Notes under the pieces: model-generated | Told to the model about the DNA's origin: nothing | The model's database searches: none | The model's input: the letters and a program-made list of their open reading frames with translations, nothing else | Program-made: the position numbers and the translations under genes | Origin: an uncultured Dethiobacter sp. | GTDB lineage: Bacteria > Bacillota > Dethiobacteria > DTU022 > UBA8154 | NCBI GenBank assembly: GCA_964487385.1 | Contig: CAZAQM010000001.1 | Span: forward strand, 1-58,004 | Length of the DNA: 58,004 nt | Reading direction: 5' to 3' | In this document: positions 41,319 to 48,950 of the stretch, piece by piece | How the letters are laid out: each line of letters starts with the position of its first letter | How positions within the stretch are numbered: the first letter of the stretch is position 1

Positions 41319-41579
41319 ATGGAAGTATTAAAGGTTTCAGCAAAATCTAACCCCAATTCTGTGGCAGGGGCTCTAGCAGGGGTTTTACGGGAGCGGGGAG
41401 GCGCGGAAATGCAAGCTATTGGAGCTGGAGCTTTAAACCAAGCGGTAAAAGCAGTCGCGATTGCCCGAGGGTTTGTCGCACCCAGTGGAATGGACCTAAT
41501 TTGTATTCCTGCTTTTACAGATATACAAATTGACGGAGAGGAAAGAACTGCTATCAAGCTAATCGTAGAACCGCGCTAA
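41319..41579 (+). CDS. spoVS: stage V sporulation protein S
   Basis: MEVLKVSAKSNPNSVAGALAGVLRE...AIGAGALNQAVKAVAIARGF is the highly conserved SpoVS sequence. Protein is 86 aa. Confidence 0.95.
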   Translation: MEVLKVSAKSNPNSVAGALAGVLRERGGAEMQAIGAGALNQAVKAVAIARGFVAPSGMDLICIPAFTDIQIDGEERTAIKLIVEPR

Positions 41580-41618
41580 CCCGGTGCAAAATATTTCTTG
41601 GACTCCTTTTATAAAAAA

Positions 41619-41645
41619 TACTCCTCGAACAAGGAGTGTTTTTTT
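41619..41645 (+). terminator. rho-independent terminator after spoVS
   Basis: ACTCCT, a 6 nt loop, AGGAGT, followed by GTTTTTTT. It lies inside the N-terminal extension of track ORF 41584. Confidence 0.7.
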
Positions 41646-41679
41646 ATCTGGTGTAAAATTATTTGCGAGGGGGTACGTA

Positions 41680-42693
41680 TTGTTGTATATTTCTCATGGG
41701 GGGAATAAAAAAAAACCTGCCAGCCAGAGAATATTTGATGCCCATTGCGATACGGTACAGCACTTTACCGGCGAGAATGGTGATTATCATTTTCGAAGGG
41801 CAAACGATTGGGCTCATGTCGATCTGCCCCGTTTGCAATCGGCAGGTGTAAAAGCACAAATCTTTGCCCTGTTTATAGAGCCCCGTTTTCGAACCGGAAG
41901 CGCCCTGAAAAGATGCCTTCACCTTTTGGAGGCGTACTATAGGGTCGCAAAGGAATGCCCGGACGGGCTTACCACCGTCTATAACTGGGCAGAATTTCTC
42001 GGGGTGATTGTCTCGGAAAAAATTGCCGCTCTGCTTTTAGTTGAAGGCGGGGAAGCATTGGAAGGGGAACTGGCAGTACTGCATAAACTTTTTCTTATGG
42101 GGATCAGGGGGCTGGGCCTGACCTGGAATGCTGAAAATGAACTTGCCGGAGCGGCCATGGAAGGCCCCGGCGGCAGAGGATTAACTAGATTTGGCCGGAA
42201 AGTCGTGAAGGAAATGAACAAACTAGGCATGATTATCGATCTATCACATATTTCCCGCCGTGGCTTCTATGATGTGCTGGAAAGATCCGGCGCCCCTGTT
42301 ATCGTCTCCCATGCCAACGTTGCTGCCCTCTGTAATCACCCCCGCAACTTAACCGATGAACAAATGAAAGCCCTGAAAGATAACAACGGGGTGCTGGGAA
42401 TGTCGTTTTATCCCCCTTTTATCGATCAGCAAAAATCCGATCTGGACAGGTTGTTGGACCATTTTGCATATGCCGCTGAGATCATGGGGGTGGATAATAT
42501 TGGAATAGGGTCTGACTTTGACGGCATCGATATCGTTTTAGAAGAGCTAAGGGACGTTTCTTTTTTGCCCCATTTGGTTGCCGGTTTGCATAGAAGGGGT
42601 TTTGCTGAAGAAGAGGTTGACAAAATCCTTTTTAAAAACTTTATGCGGGTTGTAAAAGAAATTATGAAGGGTGGAGACAATGAAGTTTGCTGA
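41680..42693 (+). CDS. membrane-dipeptidase family (M19) zinc dipeptidase
   Basis: Motifs FDAHCDT, DLSH, VSHANV and GSDFDG are present. Start moved to TTG 41680 (6 nt after GAGGGGG) because the spoVS terminator lies upstream of it. Confidence 0.8.
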   Translation: MLYISHGGNKKKPASQRIFDAHCDTVQHFTGENGDYHFRRANDWAHVDLPRLQSAGVKAQIFALFIEPRFRTGSALKRCLHLLEAYYRVAKECPDGLTTVYNWAEFLGVIVSEKIAALLLVEGGEALEGELAVLHKLFLMGIRGLGLTWNAENELAGAAMEGPGGRGLTRFGRKVVKEMNKLGMIIDLSHISRRGFYDVLERSGAPVIVSHANVAALCNHPRNLTDEQMKALKDNNGVLGMSFYPPFIDQQKSDLDRLLDHFAYAAEIMGVDNIGIGSDFDGIDIVLEELRDVSFLPHLVAGLHRRGFAEEEVDKILFKNFMRVVKEIMKGGDNEVC

Positions 42694-43525
42694 TTTTCAT
42701 ATTCATACATCGGCTTCGGATGGCATTTTTAGTCCTGCCCAGGTTGTCGATCAGGCTGCGAGGGCGGGCCTGGGGGCTATTGCCATAACGGATCACGATA
42801 CGATGGATGGGGTGTTCGAAGCCCGCATTGCCGGGAGGCAATCGGGCATGGCGATTGTTCCCGGCATTGAATTTAGTGCACATCTAGGAAAAATAGAGAT
42901 ACATATTTTGGGTTATTATTGCCGGGAAGATAACATTACTTTAAAAAAGACAATAGAAAGGCTAAGAGGCGATCGATTCGAACGGATGAAGAAAATGGTC
43001 TATAAACTGAATGAACTGGGTATTCAGGTTTCCTTCGACGAAGTCCGGGCCAAAGTAAAGGGCAGCGCCATTGGGCGGCCGCATCTGGCCGGGGTGCTTT
43101 GCGAGAAGGGATATTGCCAAACTGTGGAGGAGGCCTTCAAAAAGTATATCGGCTCTGATTCCCCGGCCTTTGTTAAAAGAAAGGAATTTACACCGGGGGA
43201 AGCAATAGAAGTAATTCGCCGTGCGGGCGGGGTTTCAGTGTTGGCCCACCCGGGAATGTATGAGAAAATTGCTCTCTTTCCCGGCCTAATTGGGGAGGGG
43301 CTGGAAGGGATCGAGGTTTTCCATCCCCGCAATACGGTGCAGATTAGCTATAAATATTTAAAACTTGCCCTTGGATCAGGGCTGTTGATTACCGGCGGTT
43401 CGGATTACCATGGGGGCGGGATTGGGCTGGGTCCACAGCTTGGGGATGTCAAAATGGATCTGTCTTTTTGGGAAATACTAAAGCTGCGGAGCATGGAAAT
43501 TAAGGGCCAGAGGGGCGGAATTTAA
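42680..43525 (+). CDS. PHP-domain phosphoesterase (TrpH/YciV family)
   Basis: MKFADFHIHTSASDG, ITDHDT and later His motifs are present. Overlaps the dipeptidase stop by 14 nt. Confidence 0.8.
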   Translation: MKFADFHIHTSASDGIFSPAQVVDQAARAGLGAIAITDHDTMDGVFEARIAGRQSGMAIVPGIEFSAHLGKIEIHILGYYCREDNITLKKTIERLRGDRFERMKKMVYKLNELGIQVSFDEVRAKVKGSAIGRPHLAGVLCEKGYCQTVEEAFKKYIGSDSPAFVKRKEFTPGEAIEVIRRAGGVSVLAHPGMYEKIALFPGLIGEGLEGIEVFHPRNTVQISYKYLKLALGSGLLITGGSDYHGGGIGLGPQLGDVKMDLSFWEILKLRSMEIKGQRGGI

Positions 43526-43698
43526 TTTGGCGAAATAAAGGATTTCATCCAGGAATCAAGAATATCTTTTTTATGCCGAAGAAAATGATAAGAAAGGCTA
43601 ATTATGGCTTTTTTTTTGGGGAAATGTATCGTGCCAAGGGGGGTGCAAATGATATAAAGCATAAAGATAGCTGAAATACATAAAAAAATGGGGAGGTT

Positions 43699-44127
43699 AT
43701 GGTAGTGTTGGATCTTTTTTTGTATGGTTTGCAGTTTTCCATTTTGGCTATATTCATCGTTCTTTTTACGCTTTATGTCCTGGCACTGCTGCTGATGCTT
43801 TTCAACAAATTTTTCAGCCGGAAATCAGCCCCAGGACAGGGGCAGGGCGGGCAGGCCGGTGGGGGGGCACTCGTGAAAAGGCAACCTGCCCAGGCCAGAA
43901 GTGAGCCCGCTCAGGCTGTGCCGCTGGAGGGGGAAAAGCCGGAGATCGTTGCCGCTGCCATGGGTGCCCTTATGTTTGCCCTCGATGGCGGTGGGCAGGG
44001 CCGGCATTTTGCCGTGACGAAAATTACCGGGGCGGATCTATCCAGCAACTGGGGTCAGATGGGCAGAAGCAGACTCTTGCAACTGAGACAGGATTTCGTA
44101 TTTAGCAAAAGGGGGAAGGTTAAATGA
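43699..44127 (+). CDS. OadG-family small subunit of a Na+-translocating decarboxylase
   Basis: An N-terminal TM, a Gly/Gln/Ala linker and the conserved EIVAAAMGALMFAL segment are present. ATGA overlap with the biotin carrier gene. Confidence 0.65.
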   Translation: MVVLDLFLYGLQFSILAIFIVLFTLYVLALLLMLFNKFFSRKSAPGQGQGGQAGGGALVKRQPAQARSEPAQAVPLEGEKPEIVAAAMGALMFALDGGGQGRHFAVTKITGADLSSNWGQMGRSRLLQLRQDFVFSKRGKVK

Positions 44128-44528
44128 GAAAGTATAAAGTTTTCGTGAATGGTCAGCCTTATGAAGTCGTTGTAGAGGAAGTAAGGGATACAGCAGGGCC
44201 GGCATCAACCCCGCAACAAGCCTCTCCAGCTCCGGCGGCCCCGGTGGCCAAGCCCGCCTCCCCGCCTCCCGCCCCAGCCCCAGCCCCGAAGAGCCCGGCA
44301 GGGGGCAGCGGCGCCGGCACGGGGATTGAGGCTCCCATGCCCGGTTCTGTCCTCGAAGTAAGGGTCAGCGTGGGGGATAGCGTAAGCGAAGGGGATGTCT
44401 TGCTGATTCTGGAAGCGATGAAGATGGAAAACGAGATCACCTCCCCTGCCTCGGGAGTCGTCAGATCGATTGACGTATCAGTCGGATCCACGGTAAATAC
44501 CGGGGATGTTATGATCTCTATTGAATAA
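44124..44528 (+). CDS. biotin carboxyl carrier (biotinyl domain) subunit
   Basis: Pro/Ala linker followed by APMPGSV...[16 protein letters not shown], which carries the biotinylation AMKM motif. Confidence 0.85.
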   Translation: MRKYKVFVNGQPYEVVVEEVRDTAGPASTPQQASPAPAAPVAKPASPPPAPAPAPKSPAGGSGAGTGIEAPMPGSVLEVRVSVGDSVSEGDVLLILEAMKMENEITSPASGVVRSIDVSVGSTVNTGDVMISIE

Positions 44529-44545
44529 GGCATGGAGGGGAAAAA

Positions 44546-45670
44546 ATGTTAAACAACCTGCTAGATTTTGCTAAATCAACGGGCTTTTTGAATATAACCG
44601 GCCCGCAGGCGATCATGATCGTTATTGCACTCATCCTCCTTTACCTGGGGATAGTCAAGAAATATGAACCCCTTTTGCTGGTGCCGATTAGCTTTGGCAT
44701 GTTGCTGGTCAACCTGCCCCTCGGTGGATTAATGGCTGCTCCCGGTTCAGAACCCGGCGGGTTGCTCTACTACCTTTACCAGGGTATCGAGCTGGGGATC
44801 TATCCGCCGCTGATCTTCCTCGGGGTAGGGGCTATGACGGATTTTGGGCCGCTTATTGCCAACCCCATGACACTGCTCCTGGGAGCGGCGGCGCAGCTCG
44901 GCATCTTTTTCACCTTTATCGGGGCTTTGCTGTTGAATTTCACGCCGTTCGAAGCGGGTTCCATCGGCATTATCGGTGGGGCGGACGGTCCGACGGCCAT
45001 TTTTGTCACCTCTCGCCTGGCCCCGCATCTTCTGGGCGCCATTGCTATAGCAGCCTATTCATATATGGCCCTGGTGCCCATCATCCAGCCTCCGATTATG
45101 AAGGCCCTGACGACAGACAAGGAAAGAAAAATTGTCATGCAGCAGCTCCGACATGTTTCCAAAACGGAGAAAATTTTGTTTCCCATCGTTGTCATCATTA
45201 TCACCGGTCTTCTTTTGCCTGCTGCCATTCCCCTGCTGGGGATGCTCATGTTTGGCAACCTGCTCAGGGAATGCGGGGTGACCGAGCGGCTGAGCAAGAC
45301 CGCCCAGAATGATCTGAACAATATCGTGGTCATCTTTCTAGGCCTTACCGTAGGGGCGAAGGCCAGCGCCGAATATTTTTTAACTGCGCAAACTATTCAG
45401 ATTATCGTCCTGGGACTCATTGCTTTTGCCGTGGGAACTGCCGGAGGGGTGCTCATGGGTAAAATTATGTGCAAGCTCTCGGGTGGCAAAATTAACCCAC
45501 TGATCGGTTCGGCAGGCGTCTCTGCCGTGCCAATGGCTGCCCGGGTGTCACAGACCGTGGGGAAGCAATACAACCCCAACAACTATCTGCTGATGCATGC
45601 CATGGGGCCCAACGTTGCCGGGGTAATCGGTTCAGCCGTTGCTGCCGGTATTTTTCTGTCCATGCTTTAA
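44546..45670 (+). CDS. Na+-transporting decarboxylase beta subunit (OadB/GcdB/MmdB family)
   Basis: 374 aa polytopic protein with motifs [11 protein letters not shown] and [15 protein letters not shown]. Confidence 0.88.
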   Translation: MLNNLLDFAKSTGFLNITGPQAIMIVIALILLYLGIVKKYEPLLLVPISFGMLLVNLPLGGLMAAPGSEPGGLLYYLYQGIELGIYPPLIFLGVGAMTDFGPLIANPMTLLLGAAAQLGIFFTFIGALLLNFTPFEAGSIGIIGGADGPTAIFVTSRLAPHLLGAIAIAAYSYMALVPIIQPPIMKALTTDKERKIVMQQLRHVSKTEKILFPIVVIIITGLLLPAAIPLLGMLMFGNLLRECGVTERLSKTAQNDLNNIVVIFLGLTVGAKASAEYFLTAQTIQIIVLGLIAFAVGTAGGVLMGKIMCKLSGGKINPLIGSAGVSAVPMAARVSQTVGKQYNPNNYLLMHAMGPNVAGVIGSAVAAGIFLSML

Positions 45671-45693
45671 ATATATAGGCAAAAGGGAAAAAA

Positions 45694-45726
45694 GAGAGCC
45701 CGGTTTTTATACCGGGTTCTCTTTTT
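45694..45726 (+). terminator. rho-independent terminator after the decarboxylase module
   Basis: GAGAGCCCGG pairs with CCGGGTTCTC (one G-U pair), followed by TTTTT. Confidence 0.8.
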
Positions 45727-46127
45727 CTCCAGAATTGATCCGAGTGGAAAACGAGGCATAAGGAGGATGTATATGGCTATCTCTTGTGGGAAGGGCCTTA
45801 TAGGGATAGAGAAGTAAATGGAACAACAAAACCTCCGGAAGAGGAGCTAAGAAAAAATTATGAGGCTATGTTGCTGGCACAAAAGGAAAATCAGATGGAA
45901 AAGGGCAAAAGTTCTTTGATTAAGAGTCTAGGCTGGATTGTGGTTCCTCTGCCCATTTTTATCTTTTTTCAGCGGCGTCTGACCAGGGAAAATGCTTCAG
46001 CAGATCGTTGACTGTTAACAGCCGCTTGGAATTTAAGCGATCTTTATATTTGCCGTTCCATTTTGGCTGCTGGAAGATTATTAATACGCAAAGGGGTGGC
46101 TTTTTCCGAATTTGCGCCATATCCCTG

Positions 46128-46156
46128 TTGCCACCAGAAAACAGATATCGTATAAT
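46128..46156 (+). promoter_or_regulatory. sigma-A type promoter for the response regulator
   Basis: TTGCCA, a 17 nt spacer, then TATAAT. Confidence 0.5.
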
Positions 46157-46190
46157 AATATTGATTGGTTAAAAATAGGTGGGATGTAAA

Positions 46191-46859
46191 ATGCAAAAGA
46201 TCAGCATTTTAATCGTCGATGATCACACGATATTGCGTGCCGGGATTAAATTGATCCTGGATTCTTACGAAGATCTGGAAATAGTGGGCGAAGCGGGCAG
46301 TGGAAATGCGGCACTGGAGATGGCTGCCGCGCTGAAACCCCGCATCGTTCTGCTGGATCTCACTCTCGGGGATATCAGCGGCCTGGAACTGCTCCCCCTG
46401 CTTAAAAAAATCGATCCTTCGCTGAAGGTACTGGTATTGACGATGCATGATGACGAGAGCTATGTGCATAAGGTTCTACAAAAGGGCGGGGATGGTTATC
46501 TTTTAAAAAGGGCCGCCGATCTGGAATTGGTAACGGCCATAAGAGCTGTAAACCGTGACCAAATTTTCCTCGATCCTTCCCTGACAAAGACAGTGCTGAA
46601 AAATGTTTATGGCGATAAAGAGCAGGGCACCCAGAAAGATGATGATCTTCTCAGCAAGAGGGAAAAGGAGATTTTAAAATTTGTAGCCCTTGGTTATACA
46701 AATAAACAGATTGCAGCCAAACTGCTGCTGAGCGTCAAAACTATCGAAAGCCATAAAGCAAGCATTAAGGAAAAACTCAATGCCCGCTATAGGTCCGACA
46801 TCGTCAAGTATGCCATCGAAAAAGGGATCCTGAAAAAAGGCATCAGTTGTACTGATTGA
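46191..46859 (+). CDS. NarL/LuxR-family two-component response regulator
   Basis: Receiver domain with ILIVDDH, the phospho-acceptor in VLLDLTL and a conserved Lys in LLKRA. C-terminal LuxR HTH (LSKREKEILKFVALGYTNKQIA). No histidine kinase gene is adjacent. Confidence 0.88.
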   Translation: MQKISILIVDDHTILRAGIKLILDSYEDLEIVGEAGSGNAALEMAAALKPRIVLLDLTLGDISGLELLPLLKKIDPSLKVLVLTMHDDESYVHKVLQKGGDGYLLKRAADLELVTAIRAVNRDQIFLDPSLTKTVLKNVYGDKEQGTQKDDDLLSKREKEILKFVALGYTNKQIAAKLLLSVKTIESHKASIKEKLNARYRSDIVKYAIEKGILKKGISCTD

Positions 46860-47802
46860 TCAAACGGCTGTAGCAAAAAGAAGCATTTCTTTTATCTCCC
46901 AATAGATCGTACAAAACCCCCAGTTCGAACACTATCTTTGATTCCGTTGGGTTTAAGGAAAAGGCTTTTTTTAGGCTTTGCAAAGCTTCCCGCGGATTTC
47001 CTGCCAGTGTGTAGGCTTTTCCCAGGCAGTAGTTTACCTCCCAATCAGAAGGAAGGGCTTCTTTGGCTTTTTCGAAATATTCTATGGCCTCGCCATAACG
47101 GCGTTGATTAAAGCAAATTGCCCCTGCATTAAAATAGCCGTTGGAAAAATTAGGGTCCTCCTCAACTGCTCTGGTAAACTTGCTCAGCGCCTCATCATAT
47201 TTTTTTTCACTGGCATAAATGTTTCCCATCGAGTTATAGACATAGGCATTAAGTTGCGAATCCCTGCTCAAGGCCTTAACGAGCCGCAGTTTGCTTATGG
47301 CCCTGTCATTTAACCCCTTCTGACTATAGGCCAGCCCTAAACAAAAATGCCCAAAAATAAAATTTGGTTCGAGTTCGATAACTTTTTCAAATTCCTTAAT
47401 GGCTTCTTCGAGCATGGCCAGATCCCAAAAACCCAATCCTTTACGGAATGAATTAATACCCTGTTCGCTTTCCAATTTTAAAAACGAATGTTTTTTAAGG
47501 GAGATCTTTTCTTCCAGAAGCGGATCTGCCGGTTTTCCATCCGGTTCCAGCTCTATGCCCTGTAAAAAGCCTTCGGGCAGGACATCCGGCAGGGTAAAGT
47601 TGAACTTTTTCTGCAGCTTATTTACTTTTTCCTCAAAGGTTAACCAGTGTTTTACGTATTGATCCATCAGAATGCGCAGGTTTAGTAAACTATTGATTAG
47701 GGTTTCCTTTTCATGATCGGTAGGCTCTTTCTGCAGGTTCACTTCTATTTCGTGCAAGGTATCAAAGATCGATTCAATATTGTTGTTTGGAAAAAACATC
47801 AA
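46843..47802 (-). CDS. TPR-repeat protein
   Basis: ATG follows AGGAGG. The C-terminal two thirds consist of ~34-residue TPR units (A..YN.MG.IY....KYDEAL..F..A.E.DP). Its 3' end overlaps the regulator 3' end by 17 nt. Confidence 0.8.
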   Translation of the reverse strand: MMFFPNNNIESIFDTLHEIEVNLQKEPTDHEKETLINSLLNLRILMDQYVKHWLTFEEKVNKLQKKFNFTLPDVLPEGFLQGIELEPDGKPADPLLEEKISLKKHSFLKLESEQGINSFRKGLGFWDLAMLEEAIKEFEKVIELEPNFIFGHFCLGLAYSQKGLNDRAISKLRLVKALSRDSQLNAYVYNSMGNIYASEKKYDEALSKFTRAVEEDPNFSNGYFNAGAICFNQRRYGEAIEYFEKAKEALPSDWEVNYCLGKAYTLAGNPREALQSLKKAFSLNPTESKIVFELGVLYDLLGDKRNASFCYSRLINQYN

Positions 47803-47898
47803 TTTACCTCCTTGCCACAGCTATTTCATTTTCTGTTATATGCATTGTTTTTTTATTTATACGCCAGTGGCCTCGGAAATTTTTTCACTGCTCAAGTG

Positions 47899-47927
47899 TT
47901 GACGGTACATTAAAAATAGGGTATACT
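47899..47927 (+). promoter_or_regulatory. sigma-A type promoter for the tRNA cluster
   Basis: TTGACG, a 17 nt spacer, then TATACT, about 20 nt before the first tRNA. Confidence 0.6.
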
Positions 47928-47947
47928 AACTACTGTGCTTTAAAGAT

Positions 47948-48024
47948 GCCGACGTAGCTCAAATGGCTAGAGCGGCTGACTTGTAATCAGCAGGCTGCGG
48001 GTTCAAGTCCCACCGTCGGCTCCA
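47948..48024 (+). tRNA. tRNA-Thr (anticodon UGU)
   Basis: Acceptor GCCGACG/CGTCGGC. Anticodon stem GCTGA/TCAGC with loop CTTGTAA. T-loop GTTCAAGTC (one A-C mismatch in the T stem). CCA is encoded. Confidence 0.85.
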
Positions 48025-48041
48025 AACAAACCACAAAACAT

Positions 48042-48128
48042 GGAGAGGTACCCAAGTCCGGCTAAAGGGGGCAGACTGTAAATCTGTTGGCTTCGCCTTC
48101 ACTGGTTCAAATCCAGTCCTCTCCACCA
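48042..48128 (+). tRNA. tRNA-Tyr (anticodon GUA)
   Basis: Acceptor GGAGAGG/CCTCTCC. Anticodon loop CTGTAAA. Long variable arm. T-loop GGTTCAAATCC. CCA is encoded. Confidence 0.88.
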
Positions 48129-48159
48129 CCTTAATTAGGAGCTTTGCTCCTAAATTTTT

Positions 48160-48235
48160 GGGCCATTAGCTCAGACGGCAGAGCACCTGACTTTTAATCA
48201 GGGTGTCCCAGGTTCGAATCCTGGATGGCTCACCA
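48160..48235 (+). tRNA. tRNA-Lys (anticodon UUU)
   Basis: Acceptor GGGCCAT/ATGGCTC. D arm AGCTCAGACGGCAGAGC. Anticodon loop CTTTTAA. T-loop GGTTCGAATCC. CCA is encoded. Confidence 0.9.
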
Positions 48236-48242
48236 TCTTTTT

Positions 48243-48328
48243 GCGAGAGTGGCGGAATGGCAGACGCGCCAGGTTCAGGACCTGGTGGGAGCAATCTCGT
48301 GGGGGTTCAAATCCCTTCTCTCGCACCA
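48243..48328 (+). tRNA. tRNA-Leu (anticodon CAG)
   Basis: Acceptor GCGAGAG/TCTCGC. Anticodon stem CCAGG/CCTGG with loop TTCAGGA. Long variable arm. T-loop GGTTCAAATCC. CCA is encoded. Confidence 0.88.
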
Positions 48329-48502
48329 TATCAGCGGTAAGTTTGAAATTGTTTTTCAAGCTTATCGCTTTTCTTTTATCCTATGTGGAAGTTGCTAAAG
48401 AGGGAATAATTACCGCAAATATTTTTTGCCGGACTGGAGCTATACTATCTAGTAACCAGCCATGCTTGATGAGGCTGGACAAATATTGGGGGTGATCTTT
48501 TT

Positions 48503-48790
48503 ATGCACCAGGAGATCGTTGAACTTTACCCGGAAACTCCCAGAAGAGGGGAGGAGTTGTCTATTAAATATAAGGGGCTTTTGGCCCAAAATGGGGCGGA
48601 TTCTGTTTGGCTCCATTATGGTTATGACAACTGGCAGAATACTTCCACCCTGGGAATGTCGAGGCAGGGGGGTAGTTTTAGTTGTAAAATTGAGGCCGAA
48701 GGCCGGAAAATGGTTAATTTTTGTTTTAAAGACAGCGCCGATCATTGGGACAACAATAATGGCATGAACTGGAGTTGTATAATTAGGTAG
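48503..48790 (+). CDS. stand-alone carbohydrate-binding-module-like protein (CBM25/53-type pattern)
   Basis: 95 aa with the pattern L.Y.G.L.....VWLHYGYDNW........M........I......V.FCFKD....WDNNNG.NW. I recognise this from starch-binding CBM25/53 modules. There is no catalytic domain. Confidence 0.5.
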   Translation: MHQEIVELYPETPRRGEELSIKYKGLLAQNGADSVWLHYGYDNWQNTSTLGMSRQGGSFSCKIEAEGRKMVNFCFKDSADHWDNNNGMNWSCIIR

Positions 48791-48812
48791 GGATTAAAAT
48801 AAATATGCCGGG

Positions 48813-48845
48813 GAAAGGCCTTTATTTAGAGGGCCTTTCTTTTTT
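48813..48845 (+). terminator. rho-independent terminator
   Basis: GAAAGGCC pairs with GGCCTTTC, followed by TTTTTT. Confidence 0.8.
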
Positions 48846-48950
48846 AAGCGGGTGGAGGGGCAGGATTTGCCTTAAAGAATCACGAATTAACCAGAAATGG
48901 TAACAATACCCGTTATACCGGGTTCCAAATGATGGGAGGTCGATATTGTT

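Noticed and set aside
43592-43617. Possible terminator after the PHP gene (AAAGGCTAATTATGGCTTT followed by a T run).
   Set aside because: The stem has a central G-G mismatch and only 3-4 stable pairs. The T run alone is not enough evidence.
48241-48495. An 84 aa ORF overlapping tRNA-Leu, and a 101 aa ORF at 48462..48767 overlapping the CBM-like gene.
   Set aside because: The first is translated straight through a tRNA gene. The second is an alternative frame of a better-supported ORF that has an RBS and a domain-like pattern.
48846-48950. Possible SAM (S-box) or SAH riboswitch in the ahcY 5' region; GGGTGGAGGGGCAGG superficially recalls the S-box GGTGGAGGGACTGG.
   Set aside because: The other conserved S-box elements (the CCCGATGA, GCAACC and GGTGCTAA segments and a terminator/antiterminator pair) are not present. 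The region is too short, and SAH riboswitches are mainly proteobacterial. A covariance-model scan (Rfam RF00162, RF01057) would settle it.
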